Shown: positions 39,701 through 61,719 of the stretch, piece after piece
How the letters are laid out: every line of letters begins with the position of its first letter
How positions within the stretch are numbered: position 1 is the stretch's first letter
Assembly (NCBI RefSeq): GCF_016433145.1
Contig: NC_058130.1
Span: 134,824,383 to 134,888,382 of the forward strand
Direction: 5' to 3'
DNA from: Gracilinanus agilis
Lineage: Eukaryota
Length of the DNA stretch: 64,000 nt
Notes under the pieces: generated by a model
Databases searched by the model: none
Told to the model about the DNA's origin: nothing
The model's input: only the letters and a program-made list of their open reading frames with translations
Position numbers and translations under genes: made by a program

Positions 39701-42700
39701 TCAAATCTTCTTCAGATACATCCTAGCTGTGTGACCCTAGGCAAGTCACCTAACCCCAAATGCCTAGCTCTTGCTGCTCTTCTGTCTTAAAATTGATACT
39801 AAAGGGGGCAGCTGGGTGGCTTAGTGGATTAAGAGCCAGACCCAGAGATGGGAGGTCTTGGGTTCAAATATTACTTCAGACACTTCCCAGCTGTGTGACT
39901 CTGGGCAACTTACTTAACCCCCATTGCCTAGCCCTTACCACTCTTCTGCCTTGGAGCTAATACACAGTATTGATTCTAAGACAGAAGGTAAGGGTTAAAA
40001 AAAAAAAAAAAAAGAATTAATACTAAGCTAGAAGGTGAGTATTAAAAAAAAAGAAGAGACATGAACCTAGCTCTGACTCTGAATACAGCCCTCTCTACCC
40101 ACAATGCTATACTGCTTAATTTGGAAAAATTTCTATCCCTGATATTAAGATATTTAAAAAATCTCTAATATTCAAAGGGATATGCTTTAGTGATATGGAA
40201 AATTCATTTCCAAGGAACAGCTCATTGATGGATTGAACAAATGAATTCTTTTTGTATTGTTTAAGTTGACGGGTCAAAGTACCCATAGAAGAAAGCCAAA
40301 GATTAAGGGGAAAAATGCCTGTTTTTGGAGAAGTCAAGATGCCAGTTTCTTTTTATCCTTTTCTCCTCTGGTTAATGGGACAAGCCCCATAAATGGCTAC
40401 CATATGTCTTACTGTTTCATGAGACTAGATGCAGCACAAACCAAGCTACTCTGGGGACACTTCTTGAATAACTGCCCAACTAGAAGCTTAGGTTTATGAA
40501 AATAGATTTTTTTTTTAACTCTTACCTTCTGTCTTAAGAGTCAATACTGTTTATTGGCTCCAAGGCAGAAGAGTGGTAAGGGCTAGGCAATGGGGGTTAA
40601 GTGAGTTGCCCAGAGTCACACAACTGGGAAGTTTCTGAGGCCAGATTTGAACCTAGGACCTTTTGTCTCTGGGCCTGGCTCTCAATCCACTGAGCCACCT
40701 AGATGCCCCCCTGAAAACAGATTTCTAAGTAAGATTTTTATTTCCTTTGATATACAACTTATTTCTAAGAATTGGTTCATTTATTGAGACTAGGTCTATC
40801 TACCAAGCAGGGCTAGAAATGCAATTGCTACCGGCAATCCCAAGGTATGGAAGCTTTGACCTATACTTTTAGCCCTATTCACCCCTCCTTAGAAAACCTG
40901 GTGGCCTTTCCCTTCTGGGGGTGTCACTATGATAGGGAAGGACTCTGTTTATTCACTTGCTCAGTTTTAGCCCTACTGTAGTCCCCAACCCCTCCAAAGC
41001 AGCAGGGATAATAGGTACATACCAACATTCCTGGCCTCACTATTCAATTTGGCCCAAGGTTTTGGTCATAGTCCTTGCAAGCCCCATTACCAAATAAAGA
41101 TCATTTTAGTGACTAAACCTCAGACACCCATGGTGAACAGCAAGCAAAACAAGATGACATATTAATGTCATAAAATTAAGTGCATTTCTCTCTTCTCACT
41201 CTAGCCCAAAGATGGGCAAACTTTTTAAAGAGGGGACCAAAGGAAAGGAAATGCTCATCTGTTAGTCTGTTTCTAAGGCAATTCTTTTGAGATTTAATTG
41301 TATTGTATCCTCCTCATTGTATTCGTCAGATTAGGAATGTCCCCCAGCCAGATAGAACATTTCAAGGGGCCCTCATCTGGCCCACAGGCCAGTTTGCCCA
41401 TCACTGCTCTAGACTATACCAGTAGATGTTCTTTCTGCCATTTGTTCATTGCCTCCCCAAACCATTCTTCACTCTGCAGCCTCACCTTAATTCACTGCTT
41501 TCATTATGATACTCACTTCAAAATCCTTCATCTGGGTGAGGCCTGACCCTGTATCTTGCAGGAATTCCACCCTGCCATTTCCATGTTACACTCTGCATTG
41601 TCTATGGAATCAGATATAAACTGAAACCAGCATCATCTCTTTTATTATAATTTTCATGTTTTTGTACTGCCTTCCCCCCATCAGCTGTTCTCTATGCCTA
41701 GAATTCTCTCCTCCCTCATCTCTGCCTACTGGCTTTCCTGTGTTCCTTTAAGTTCCAGCTAAATTCTCACATTTTTCAAGAAGCCTTTCCTGATCCCCTT
41801 TAATGCTATTGCTTTCCTGATACTGATTATCTCCAAATTTTATTGTACACAGCTGGTCTGTGTATAGTTGTTTGCATGTTTTCCCCCCTTCATTACCCCC
41901 ATTACACTATGAATTCCTTGAAAACAGGGGCTGCTTTTCTTTGTTGTTGTTTTATTCTTTCTTTATACCTCTAGTGCTTAGCTTAGTTCCTGGAAAAAAG
42001 TAGGTACTTAATGCTTGTTGTCTCCATTTGAATCACAAATAAACTGTTAAAACTCCTTAAGAGTAGAGCCTACAGGGGCAGCTGGGTAGCTCAGTGGATT
42101 GAGAGCCAGGCCTAGAGATGGGAGGTCCTAGGTTAAAATCTGGCCTCAGACACTTCCCAAGTGACCCTGGACAAATCACTTGACCCCCATCTTACCATTC
42201 TTCTGCCTTGGACAGAAGGTAAGGGTTGGGAAAAAAAAAAAAAAGAGTAGAGCCTACATTACAAGTGTCTGTTATTTCTAGTTTACATCGGAAGGCAGGT
42301 CTTAAAAGATTTATCAATGGATTCAAACAACTACAGTTTTCCTTGAACATGAGTACCTGGAGCTCCACAGGAAACTGTATCTCTGAGTGGTTGGGGCAAC
42401 TATCTCCTAGCTAGTGCCCAATCCCACCTTCTGTCTTTCTGGGTTAGAAAACAGCACAGGAAACTTGAAAGTGCCTCATATGTCAGAGCCACCAGACAAG
42501 AATAAGATACAAACCTTCAAATGCTCTGGGTTGAGAGGCCAAGCCTCCAGAATTTGGCCATTATGCATCATCAACTTTACCAACATCTATCCTCTATTCC
42601 GGGGGTATAATCTAGAGGCATTCTAACGATAACTTTGTGATTCTGGGCCACACACTTCCCTTGGGCAAGTCACTTACCTGTCGCCTGCCTCAGTTCTCTA

Positions 42701-43259
42701 GTCTGTAAAATGATGTGCTGGGGGATAAAAATGAGATAAAATGTTGTATAAGTGCTAACTATTGTTATTTCATCGGTCCAATGGAAAGAACTCTGGCTGA
42801 GGAGGTAAGAGAGGGAGTTAAGAGGCTCCACTTCTGACACCGACTTTGGTCAAGTCAATACCTCCCTGTAGGCCTTAGTTTCCTCTTCTGTTGATTGCAC
42901 TGGATAGCTTTTAGATTTCCAGAGCTGTGATCCTTTCCTCATCGTGCTTGCACTTTACCTGCCTCATTCTGCCCTTTGGTTCACCTTGTTTCTGCTTCCT
43001 AGTGGCCCTGCCACCTTCCCCGCCTCCAAGGCTCTAAAAGAAGGGGCTATGGGGGTGGGGTGGCTTATTTGGGATTATGAGGGTGCGAAGGCTCCGGGGC
43101 CGGACCGTTACCTCGGAAGTAGGTGACAGGCAGGTCCACGATGAAGTGGAAGGCATCCGTCAGGAAGGTGACCGGGTTGGGCAGCGACGTGATCGGGTCG
43201 GGCGCCGGCGTGCGGCGCGGCGGCTCTGGGTAGACATCCTTGTCCCAGTCTTTGGGCAT
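36711..43259 (-). CDS. NDUFB10: NADH:ubiquinone oxidoreductase subunit B10 (PDSW), 4 exons, 176 aa
   Basis: Exons 43259-43112, 37597-37459, 37151-37012, 36814-36711; total 531 nt. Translation [73 protein letters not shown] at 36653-36648. Confidence 0.97.
39645..40013 (+). mobile_element. Two nested or tandem SINE1_Mdo-like SINEs
   Basis: The second copy (from 39804) sits in the tail of the first; flanks AATTGATACTAAAG / AATTAATACTAAG. Confidence 0.8.
40507..40711 (-). mobile_element. SINE1_Mdo-like SINE
   Basis: Reverse consensus; flanks GAAAATAGATTT / GAAAACAGATTT. Confidence 0.85.
41207..41406. mobile_element. hAT (Charlie-type) MITE, 200 bp
   Basis: TIRs CAAAGATGGGCAAACT and AGTTTGCCCATCACTG; TSD CTCTAGCC / CTCTAGAC (7 of 8 match). 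Confidence 0.8.
42074..42244 (+). mobile_element. SINE1_Mdo-like SINE
   Basis: Consensus with internal deletions; TSD AAGAGTAGAGCCTACA. Confidence 0.85.
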
Positions 43260-43520
43260 TGCGGTCGCGGGCTCGGTCACAGAGTCGTGCGGGGTCTTCT
43301 AAGTCCCCGCTCTCACCTAGCTTGCAGGGGACCTTGAAAAATCTGCGCCTCCTCTCCTTCCGCCGGATCCGGGGGCGGCCTAGTAGCTCCACAGCAAAGG
43401 ACAGTCAGAGGGGACCGGACAAGGGGCGGGGCCACGAACCCGCCTGCGCATTGGCAGCCGTCCACCCCGGTTCATCCTACCTCCGGAGCGCAAGGCACTG
43501 TGGGAATCGTAGTTCGTGTG
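43100..43520. promoter_or_regulatory. NDUFB10 CpG-island promoter
   Basis: CpG-dense. Carries a GC box near 43423, NRF1-like GCCTGCGCA with adjacent ATTGG near 43442-43454, and SBS-like TGGGAATCGTAGT (43501-43513). Confidence 0.75.
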
Positions 43521-45049
43521 GCTCAACTGTGGTTGGGGTAGGGACTTAGTCAATAAAAAGGATTGGGCAGAGAGGATTAACCCTAGATGTTTGTGTTGGG
43601 TTTTTGGTTTTGTTATTTGTTGTTTTTTTCTGAATTGGGCATATGATTCATCGGTAGTGTAAAGGACTCCCTCTGCCAATGCCCAACTATTATGCAGTTT
43701 ATATTTGTCAGTAAACATTTGATTCAATGGGTCCTGTTTATTTTTAGCACATAAAAATTTGTCTCACTCTGTATTCAGGGTCTTTGGACTGACTGGGATG
43801 TCCATTGACCCGTTTATTTGCTAATAAATCATATTGCTAGGGTTTTTTCCTCAGTTATTATTAATTATCCATAACATAACAAATATTTATATAGCCCTTA
43901 CTATGTGCCAAGCACTAAGAGCTTTACAACAACCTCAGGAGGTAAGTTATTAACTCTATTTTACAGATGAAGAAACTAAGGCAAGTAGTGGTGACTTGTC
44001 TAGGCTCATATAGTTGGTAAATGGGCCAAATATGAACTCAAGTCTTCCTGACTCCAGGCCCACCACCTTATCCATCAAACTTAGAGATAAAGTAACTTGT
44101 TCAAAGTAACACAGATAGTATATGGATGAGAAGTAGAATTGATCCCAGGTCTTCCCAAGCCTTCTAAGAACCACAAATTATTCCAAGGACAGGGGCACAA
44201 AGAAATGCTCAAAAGAAAGAAATATAGAAACAGAGAGGACAGGTAGCTAGCATAGTAGTTAGAGTGTTGGTCCTGAAGTTAGGAGGACCTGAGTTCAAAT
44301 CTAGTCTGACACTTTAAAATGAACTGGAGAAAGAAAGGGCAAACCACTCTAGTATTTTTGTGAAGAAAACCCCAAAGAGGGTCACAAAGTATTGGACACG
44401 ACTTTAGAACAACAGATACTTAATGCTAGTTCCTCAATGAAACACACATAGAGAATAACGAGGAAACCCATTTATCCAAATCATGGCAAAACATTAATAT
44501 ACATAGGAGAATATATGTCAGACAATGTAGAATGAAGGAGCTTTTTCACTGGGAGGGAAAGTTAACTTAGCTCAAGGGGAAATTCCCTGAAAACTAGAGT
44601 AGCAAACTAGGAAAAAAGAAACATGATGGAAACTATCTGCTCCTCTCACATCTTCCCATGAGTCTTTTCCTTCTGCAGTCTCAGGTGGAGTTGGCCTTTT
44701 CCATCTCTCTCAAAGCTGGAAGCTAACTTGATGGAAGACTCAACGGGAGAGTCCCCAGAAGCGGACTTGCTGAGAAAAGACACCCTTATCTCTCTCCAAC
44801 TCCACTCAGTCCCTCTGGCAGAGCAAGGCATTCATTTCTACCAAAAAGGAGAGAGTGTCATACCAATGAGCTTTGGGACAGAAGTCACATATAAAATGGG
44901 GATAATAACAGCACCTATCTCTTCTGATTGTTGTAAAGATTAAATGAGATAATATAGGCAAAGCATTTAGCCTGGTACCTGACACCAAAGACATAGGTGG
45001 AATGACTCAATATACAAAGTTGGTAGACTGATTGGTTTCTTTCAATAAA

Positions 45050-45950
45050 TAAACACTTATTAAGTATCTACAATTTGCCAGGCACTGTGCTAAGCCCTGG
45101 AGATACAAAAAGAGGCAAAAGACAGTTTCTGCCCTCAAGGAGTTTACAATCTAATGGAGAGAACGACGTGAAATCAAATATATACAACACAAGTTATATA
45201 CAGGACAAATAGAAAATCATTAAAGGAGGGAAGTGCTGGAATTAAGAGGAAATGGAGAAGGCTTCCCATAGAAGATGGGATTTCAGTTAGGATTTAAAAG
45301 AAGCCAGAGAGGTCAATAGTCCAAGTGGAAGAAGGAAAGATCTCTGGAGATGGGGGATAGCCAGAGAAAATGACCAGAGATGAGAGATGTAATTTCTTGT
45401 TCTTGGAACAGCCAAGAGGCCAGTGTCACTGGACTGAAAAGTTTATGCTGGAGAGTAAGGTGTAAGAAGACTGGAAAGGTTCAAACAAGGAGCCTAGAGA
45501 ATGAAAGACTTTGAATGCCAAACTGATCATTTCCCCTCCTAAAACCCTTTCCTTCTCTCTTACTATCAATTCTAAGACAGAATAGCAAGGGCTAGAGTAA
45601 GGGTCTCAGAGTTAGGAAGTCTCTGAGGTCAAATTTGAACTCAGATCCTCCTGACTTCAGGCTTGGGGCTCTATCCACTGTGCTGCATATCTGCCCCCCT
45701 AAACAGGCAATAGGAAGCCACTGATGTTTATTGGGGGAGAGGAAAAGGGGAAAATGACATGATCAGATGTATATTTTAGGAAAATCACTTAAGTAGCTGA
45801 ATGAAGGATGGATTGGAGTGGGAGAGACTTAAGGCAGACAGACCCACCCACAGGCTATTGCATTTGCAATAATCCAGTTGTGAGGTGATAAGGGCCTGCA
45901 CTAGAGGGGTAGCAGTGTCTCTGGGGCTCAGTGAAGCCCTTAGATCAGTC
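45050..45950 (-). mobile_element. L2 LINE fragment with a nested SINE
   Basis: Begins with the L2 3' end in reverse (AAACACTTATTAAG..CCAGGCACTGTGCTAAG) and is purine-rich throughout. Boundaries approximate. Confidence 0.6.
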
Positions 45951-46136
45951 ATCTCTTCCTTTTCTGGTTGGGAAACAAAAGAAATAGCATTGATTTTGTA
46001 GCTGGAAGTATGGTTCTGAATCTCAGCTCTGCTTCTTACTACCACGGGCAAGTCACTTTTAACATTTGTGGGCTTTGGTTCCTCAGAGGTCAAATGAGGA
46101 CTTTGGATCCCTCAGACCCTTTTTAAGTTCTAAAGC

Positions 46137-46146
46137 CTATTAATAA
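46137..46146. promoter_or_regulatory. MEF2 consensus site upstream of RPL3L exon 1
   Basis: CTATTAATAA fits YTAWWWWTAR, about 400 nt upstream of the inferred ATG exon. Confidence 0.4.
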
Positions 46147-46546
46147 CCTTGGGGCAGTGTTGCCAAGGCCTTTCAGGTGGAGCCAAAGGTCTCCTGTGGA
46201 AGAAGTCTTCCTGGGGGGGCAGGTGGTTGAGGCAGAAAGCAGAGGCTAGAGGCTGCACCCCTCAAGCCTCACTCCACCAGGCTATTCCATTGGTCCTCCT
46301 GCCTCAGGCCAGCCTGCTGCCTCTCGCTCCCCTCCCCCTCACACACACCCTCCTCAGCCCAGGCTGTGCCCCTGAAGCTGGTGCTCTGCCCCTGGCCTGC
46401 CCTCCTGCCCATCATGAGTGAAATGAATTCATCAAGAATAGAGCCAGGAGCTAAATTTGTGCCTCTGTCTGAGCTGGGGCATTTGAAACCGTCAGCAGCC
46501 GCTCAGGGAGGTGCCCTTCTGCCCAGCAAGAACAGGCAAGGCGGCC

Positions 46547-56282
<9,736 letters not shown>

Positions 56283-56359
56283 GGCAGAAGCAGCAAGGAG
56301 TCCAAAGTAGGCTTTTGGCCTAATGATCTCTTCCCTAGCAGTGAGGAGAACCTCTCATC

Positions 56360-56365
56360 AATAAA
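56360..56365 (+). terminator. PolyA signal, RPL3L
   Basis: AATAAA about 78 nt after the stop. Confidence 0.8.
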
Positions 56366-56973
56366 GAAGGATGTTGAGAAAAACTCAATAATAAGTATTT
56401 TTTTTGTATAGCACCCATCTTCCCTCTACATGTACGTCCCTCAAAATCTCCAGGTTCAAAGTAAGTTATGGATGTGGATTAGCAACCATGAAAAACATAG
56501 TTTACAAGCCCTCAGCAATGCACTTCTTTTACCAACCATCCAAAAGAGAAATATTAAGCTCAAAGTAGAAATTAATTTAACTATCATAACAATAACTAAC
56601 AAACTTTTTTTGCTAGTTTCTTCCATAAACATAATTTTACTGCTTTTCCATAGGTGGTGGTACAGTGGATAGAGTGCTGGGAGTCAGGAAGATCTGAGTT
56701 CAAATTGATCTTTAGATGCCTACTAAATGAGGGCATCTGCCAGGCTGCTTTCTCTGTTGAGCTGGAGTCCACTATTTTTGTTCTTTCTACTGTACAACAG
56801 AGTGGTGGAAACCTCTGCTGTTCAATGGTTTCTGCTACTAACAACTACTTGTCTTTAGCCTCCCTCTCCTCTATGGGAACTCCATTGCTCTCTGCTCCCC
56901 ATTCCTAGAGTGTAGCTACCACACAGTTTCTTCCTAGTAAAAGGAATTAACTCTTTTAACCATAATCCTAGGC

Positions 56974-57197
56974 TCATGTTGACAAACCTATGGCTTGTGT
57001 GCCAGAGCGTGCTGGAGGGGGCTGCTCCCTTCCCTCTCCACATGTGCCTGAGGACATTTCTCTTATCACCCACCCCTCTGCTCAGCTGCCCAACGGGAGC
57101 GCTTCCTCCCTCTCCTGTCTGGGATAAGATAGGGGACTCAATACTGTGTGAGGGCTACAGTTTGGGCACTCAGCCTCTAAAAGGTTCACCATCACTG
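56974..57197. mobile_element. hAT (Charlie-type) MITE with perfect 8-bp TSD
   Basis: TSD TCCTAGGC at 56966-56973 and 57198-57205. Right TIR GGTTCACCATCACTG; degenerate left TIR TCATGTTGACAAACC followed by TATGGC. Confidence 0.8.
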
Positions 57198-58446
57198 TCC
57201 TAGGCTATTGCCCAATGCTCTTTGTAGCCACCCCTGGCCAAACAGTCATCACAAGTCTTCAGGCTAAGATAAAGTTTGTACTTTTTAACTTGGGTCCTTG
57301 CGATGGGTTCCAGTTCTGTGATCATAGTCCCTTTCTGGTTTGGGATTAGAAAAATCCTTTCGACCTTTGTCCCGACGGGTCATTAGATAACATCCCTTTA
57401 AAACATCCTAGAGACTGTTTTGTAACACTGTGTATGGTACAGCATGGCTTGAAAACAACTAGAGACTGCCAAGGTGAGCAGAGACAAGTACATTTCTTTC
57501 TCATGAGAAAGGGCTCATGTCCAAGTATGGCAAGTGCACCTGGGCAGCAGGTGCACTGCTGCTTACATGGTCCCTAATGGGACACCCCCACCCCACCTCT
57601 CTCCCAGGTCACCATTGGCTGGTGACAACGGGCTTACATTCTTGGCTCGAACTTTTAACCAGTCCTGACCCCACTCATACATTTTATTCCTTATAGGACA
57701 AGTACGATGTCTATTCTTAGGCTAAACTTAAGCTAACTTAGAATGATGTGGCTTTGGGAAATTAGATGCTTCTTAGGAAAATAGAAACTTCTGTGTTTAT
57801 TTCTGCGTTTTGAAAGAAGTTCATCATTTTGTATACTAGCTCCCTCACAACTGCAAAGCAGCTGGGATGACAGTCTTTCTTTCAAATTCCATGATGCTCT
57901 TGGTTGCCATTAATATCAACTTGGAATAGGACCAAGAGAGCTCATTGGAGCTGCGACCTACTAATTTCTTGTTGGTCAAGGAACATTTACTAAGTTAAGA
58001 CCCCTATTAAGGGTCAGGCACTGTGCTAAATGCCAGAGATAGATAGAAAGCTAAAAGAGAGTCTGTCCAAAAGGAGCTAATATGGGAGTCAGCATGCAAA
58101 TGACTGTTGTTTGCCCTTCATTTCAAAGAGGACAGTGATATTGTGGGTGATTCCAGTCTCCCTCTGGGAAAAAAATGAATATATGCAGTCATTACAAATC
58201 ACAAGCAAGCATACAAGTCCATCTGTAAGCAATAGTATAAACATTCATCATCTGGAATATAGAGTCAGAGGTAATTATCCCAAATACAGAATATTCCAAA
58301 AACAGAACTTCTACATTAGTTAGATGCATGCAATAGACCAAGCAGATAGTTCCAATGCATAAAAATAAAAATGTACAAATTTAAAGTTGAATAATTTAAG
58401 CCAAATTCATGTCAAATACAATATATTGCAAATACAATATATATCT

Positions 58447-58605
58447 CTTTCACTCCCTTCTTCTCCCTTCCCTTTTCCTTCCTTCTCTCCTTTCCCTTTC
58501 CCTTTCCCTCTCTTCCCCTCCAACCTCTCTCTCTCCCTTCCTCCCTTCTACTTCCCCTCCTTTCCTCTCTCCCTCACCCCCCCCCCCCTTCCTTGCCATT
58601 TCCTC
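58447..58605. repeat. CT-rich polypyrimidine tract
   Basis: Almost purely C/T. Confidence 0.85.
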
Positions 58606-58655
58606 TTCATATGAGTCTCCCACCAGTATAATCCTCTAAATAAAAATCAGTGTCT

Positions 58656-58852
58656 GGGGACAGCTAGGTGGATCAATGGATTGAGACCCAGGCTAAGAGA
58701 TGGGAGGTCCTGGGTTCAAATCTGATCTTAGACACTTCCTAGCTGTGTGACCCTGGGCAAGACACTGAATCTCCATTGCCTAGCCCTTCTGCCTTGGAAC
58801 CAATATTTAGTATTGATTCTAAGAAGGAAGGTAAGAGTTTTTTTTTTTTTTT
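58656..58852 (+). mobile_element. SINE1_Mdo-like SINE
   Basis: Consensus head and body. Confidence 0.8.
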
Positions 58853-59731
58853 TACTAGTCAATGTCTGGCTTCAACAATCTATCTGTAACTGGTGGATGG
58901 ACCCTTTTTCAGAGCCTATTTAACCACCTATCCATGTGTTTTGTCCCCTTGATAACCAGAGCACCCAACTTCCTCTCTGGTTGCAGATGATTGTTGTGTT
59001 CCCTTTGCAGACATGGTAGTTCTCCAGGACCATTTTATAGACTGGCAGATTGTCTGGTCTTTCAACTACTGTGTATGAAGTGTCACAGCAATGATTATCT
59101 GTGATTTCGGGGTTTCCTTGGGCACCAACATTTCTTAGCACGGCCTTTGCCTGGGGCCCCTCACAGCAAACTCAAGTAGCATCCCATCACTTGTTCTCTG
59201 AATTCTTCTGAGCTGAGATATAGGTAGGCAGTAGACTTCCTGCAACTGATTGCTCAGCCTCGGTTATGAGACACGACTGTATCTTCTTTATCTTCTGAGG
59301 GTCCAAAGCACAAATCAATAGGTAAATAGCAGTAGGTATGGGGGGAACCGGTGGTATTCTTTTTTCTTTTTTAATTTCACATGGAAACAATTTTTGGCAG
59401 TTGTTTTTCTGGCATTTTATAATTCAGATTCTCTACTTCTCCTGCCTTTCCCAAGGTGCTAAATAGTCTATTATAAGTTATACCAGTACTTTCATGTAAT
59501 ATATTTTTCCATGTTACTCATGCCATGACAGAAGACACATATCACACATACAATAAAAAATCATGAAGGAAATAAGGTAGAAGATGGTATGCTTTGATCT
59601 ATGCTCTATGAATGAATTTTTGGTTAGCTTAATTGGTATGGCACTGAATAGTTAAATGAATTTAAATAGGATTGTCATTTTTATTCTTTTGTCTTGGCCT
59701 ATCAACGAGCAATTAATGTTTTTCCACAAGG

Positions 59732-60812
59732 GGACACCTTGTAGATGATACAGTCTCTGTCTGTGGCATCTCTGCTCCTAAACATCCCAGTCAGAAGAGG
59801 GCCCTAGGTCTCATCCTAGCAGGTGTGGGAGCAGTTATAGGCATGGTTGTATCCTAGGATGGATTTCCATACGGCCCATCTCTTACAAACTTTACTGAGA
59901 CCCTAGAAATCAGAGCCCAGGAGTCTGGATCATTCGTTCACAATCTCCAGAAGTTCTTGAACTCTCCTGCCAACCTGGTGCTGGAGAACTGTAGAGGAAG
60001 GGAGAGCATATTCAGCCATCAATTCCTCCTGGATCAACATGACTTGGAGAAGTTGAGGAGAGCCTCAACAAGATTTATCAACAAGCTAGATGGCTCCATA
60101 ATGTCAACCATAACTTAGCATCCCTTTGGGTCCTTCTTCCTATTGGGCACCGGTGGCATTTCCTCTTATTCCCTCTGATTACTCTATTGCTTCTTTTGCC
60201 AACTGGCCCTTGCCTTTTTAAATTTTTAAAATTTAAAATTTTTATTTTTTTAAACCCTTACCTTCAGTCTTAGAGTCAATACTGTGTATTGGCTCCAAGG
60301 CAGAAGAGTGGTAAGAGTAGGCAATGGGGGTCAAGTGACCTGCACAGGGTCACACAGCTGGGAAGTGTCTGAGGTCAGATTTGAACCTAGGACCTAACAT
60401 CTCTAGGTCTGACTCTCAATCCACTGAGCTACCCAGCTGCCCTCTGGCCATTGCCTTTTTTTTTTTTTTTTTTTAAACCCTTACCTTCCATCTTGGAGTC
60501 AATATTGTGTATTGGCTCCAAGGCAGAAGAGTGGTAACGGTTAGGCAATGGGGGTCAAGTGACTTCCCCAGTTCCAGTTTCAGATGGTGGCTACTGAGCA
60601 ACAAGTACACCTTCAAACACTGGGCACTACTGTTGTTGCCTTCCATTCCCAGAAGCCTTGGGATGACCCCCGCTGCCCCACCAAGTAATACAGTGACCCA
60701 TCTCTTTATCCTGCTCCCCTTTTCAGCAGGAAGCAGTTCCAGAAGACTGACCTTCACCCCTATCCCAGGTCTGAATCCTGAGCCATTTGGAGTCATTTGG
60801 AACGATGTGGGC
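59732..60812 (+). mobile_element. Decayed class I ERV env (SU end + TM) interrupted by two SINEs
   Basis: Translates as ..HPSQKR|ALGLILAGVGAVIGMVVS*DGFPY..LQKFLNSPANLVLENCR. After frameshifts it continues GEVEESLNKIYQQARWLHN and LFPLITLLLLLPTGPCLF, followed by an ERV1-type tail CCCCTTTTCAGCAGGAAGCAG. Confidence 0.85.
60215..60566 (-). mobile_element. Two SINE1_Mdo-like SINEs inserted into the ERV env
   Basis: The first is full length with TSD CTGGCC(C/A)TTGCC; the second is truncated. Confidence 0.85.
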
Positions 60813-61473
60813 TGAAATGTCCCACCAACCCTGCCAAGAAGCTGAAAACAATCAAAAGAACACGGAAACAATAACCAGCTGATTAGTACAGAACCACCTT
60901 CCAGATAAGACACACGGGTTGCTTAGATTTACAATTATGAGAAAATTCCTCACATATATAACCTAAAGCCTTGGTCGGGGGTCTCTGAGCAGTCAATCAG
61001 TTTCCCAGGCACATAGAACTACGTTCAAACAATGCTCAATTTCCACATTGACTGCCTTCCTTAAAGGCTGCGCAGAAAAGAGCAAAATTGGATGGAAAGT
61101 TGCCTTGGGATGTTTAACATATCATTAGCATTCCATTTACACGGCAGTTTGCTCCCCCCAGTGGGCAGAATGAATCATGGGTAAAGCCACCCAGACCAAA
61201 GCCGATCATGGGTAAGCTGACGTCAGTTCCTTGGAAACACAGGGCAACAACTGCCCAAACAAATGACCCCTTCCTTAGTAACTGCCCAAGATAAAAAGCA
61301 TTGCTGAAAACCCCTACCCACCTCCCCTCTCTCCTTTCCTTACTGCTTCTTCTTTTACTAACTACTCTATAACGCTATTCTCATAGAATAAAGCTTGTTC
61401 CCTCATTGTGGAGTCATTCTATCTGTCAGTTCTTTGGAGGAGATGTTGCTTATTTTATTCCTGTTTACTTTCA
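60813..61473 (+). mobile_element. ERV 3' LTR (~661 bp)
   Basis: TGAAA...TTTCA inverted ends, TATA-like ATAAAAA at 61291, AATAAA at 61387, CRE TGACGTCA at 61218; directly follows the env tail. Confidence 0.8.
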
Positions 61474-61719
61474 GCAGTAAAAAGGCTCATCCCCACAACC
61501 TCCAAAAGCTGCTGGTGCTGAAATTCTTCAGATAAACCATCTGAGTTGGTAGCACTTTTCTTGGAACACATTAAGAACAGATCTAACACTTCCAATACAG
61601 ATTTTAGAGTGACAGAACCTGTTTCATACTAGCTTCAGAGTAATCTCTTAAACCACATCCAGAATCATCATATAATGCTCTCATGGTCCTGGAGAAATCA
61701 TTATTTTCTTTAAAAATAA

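Noticed and set aside
43305-43325. TAG|GTGAG donor upstream of the NDUFB10 ATG
   Set aside because: No usable acceptor before the ATG; likely at or upstream of the TSS.
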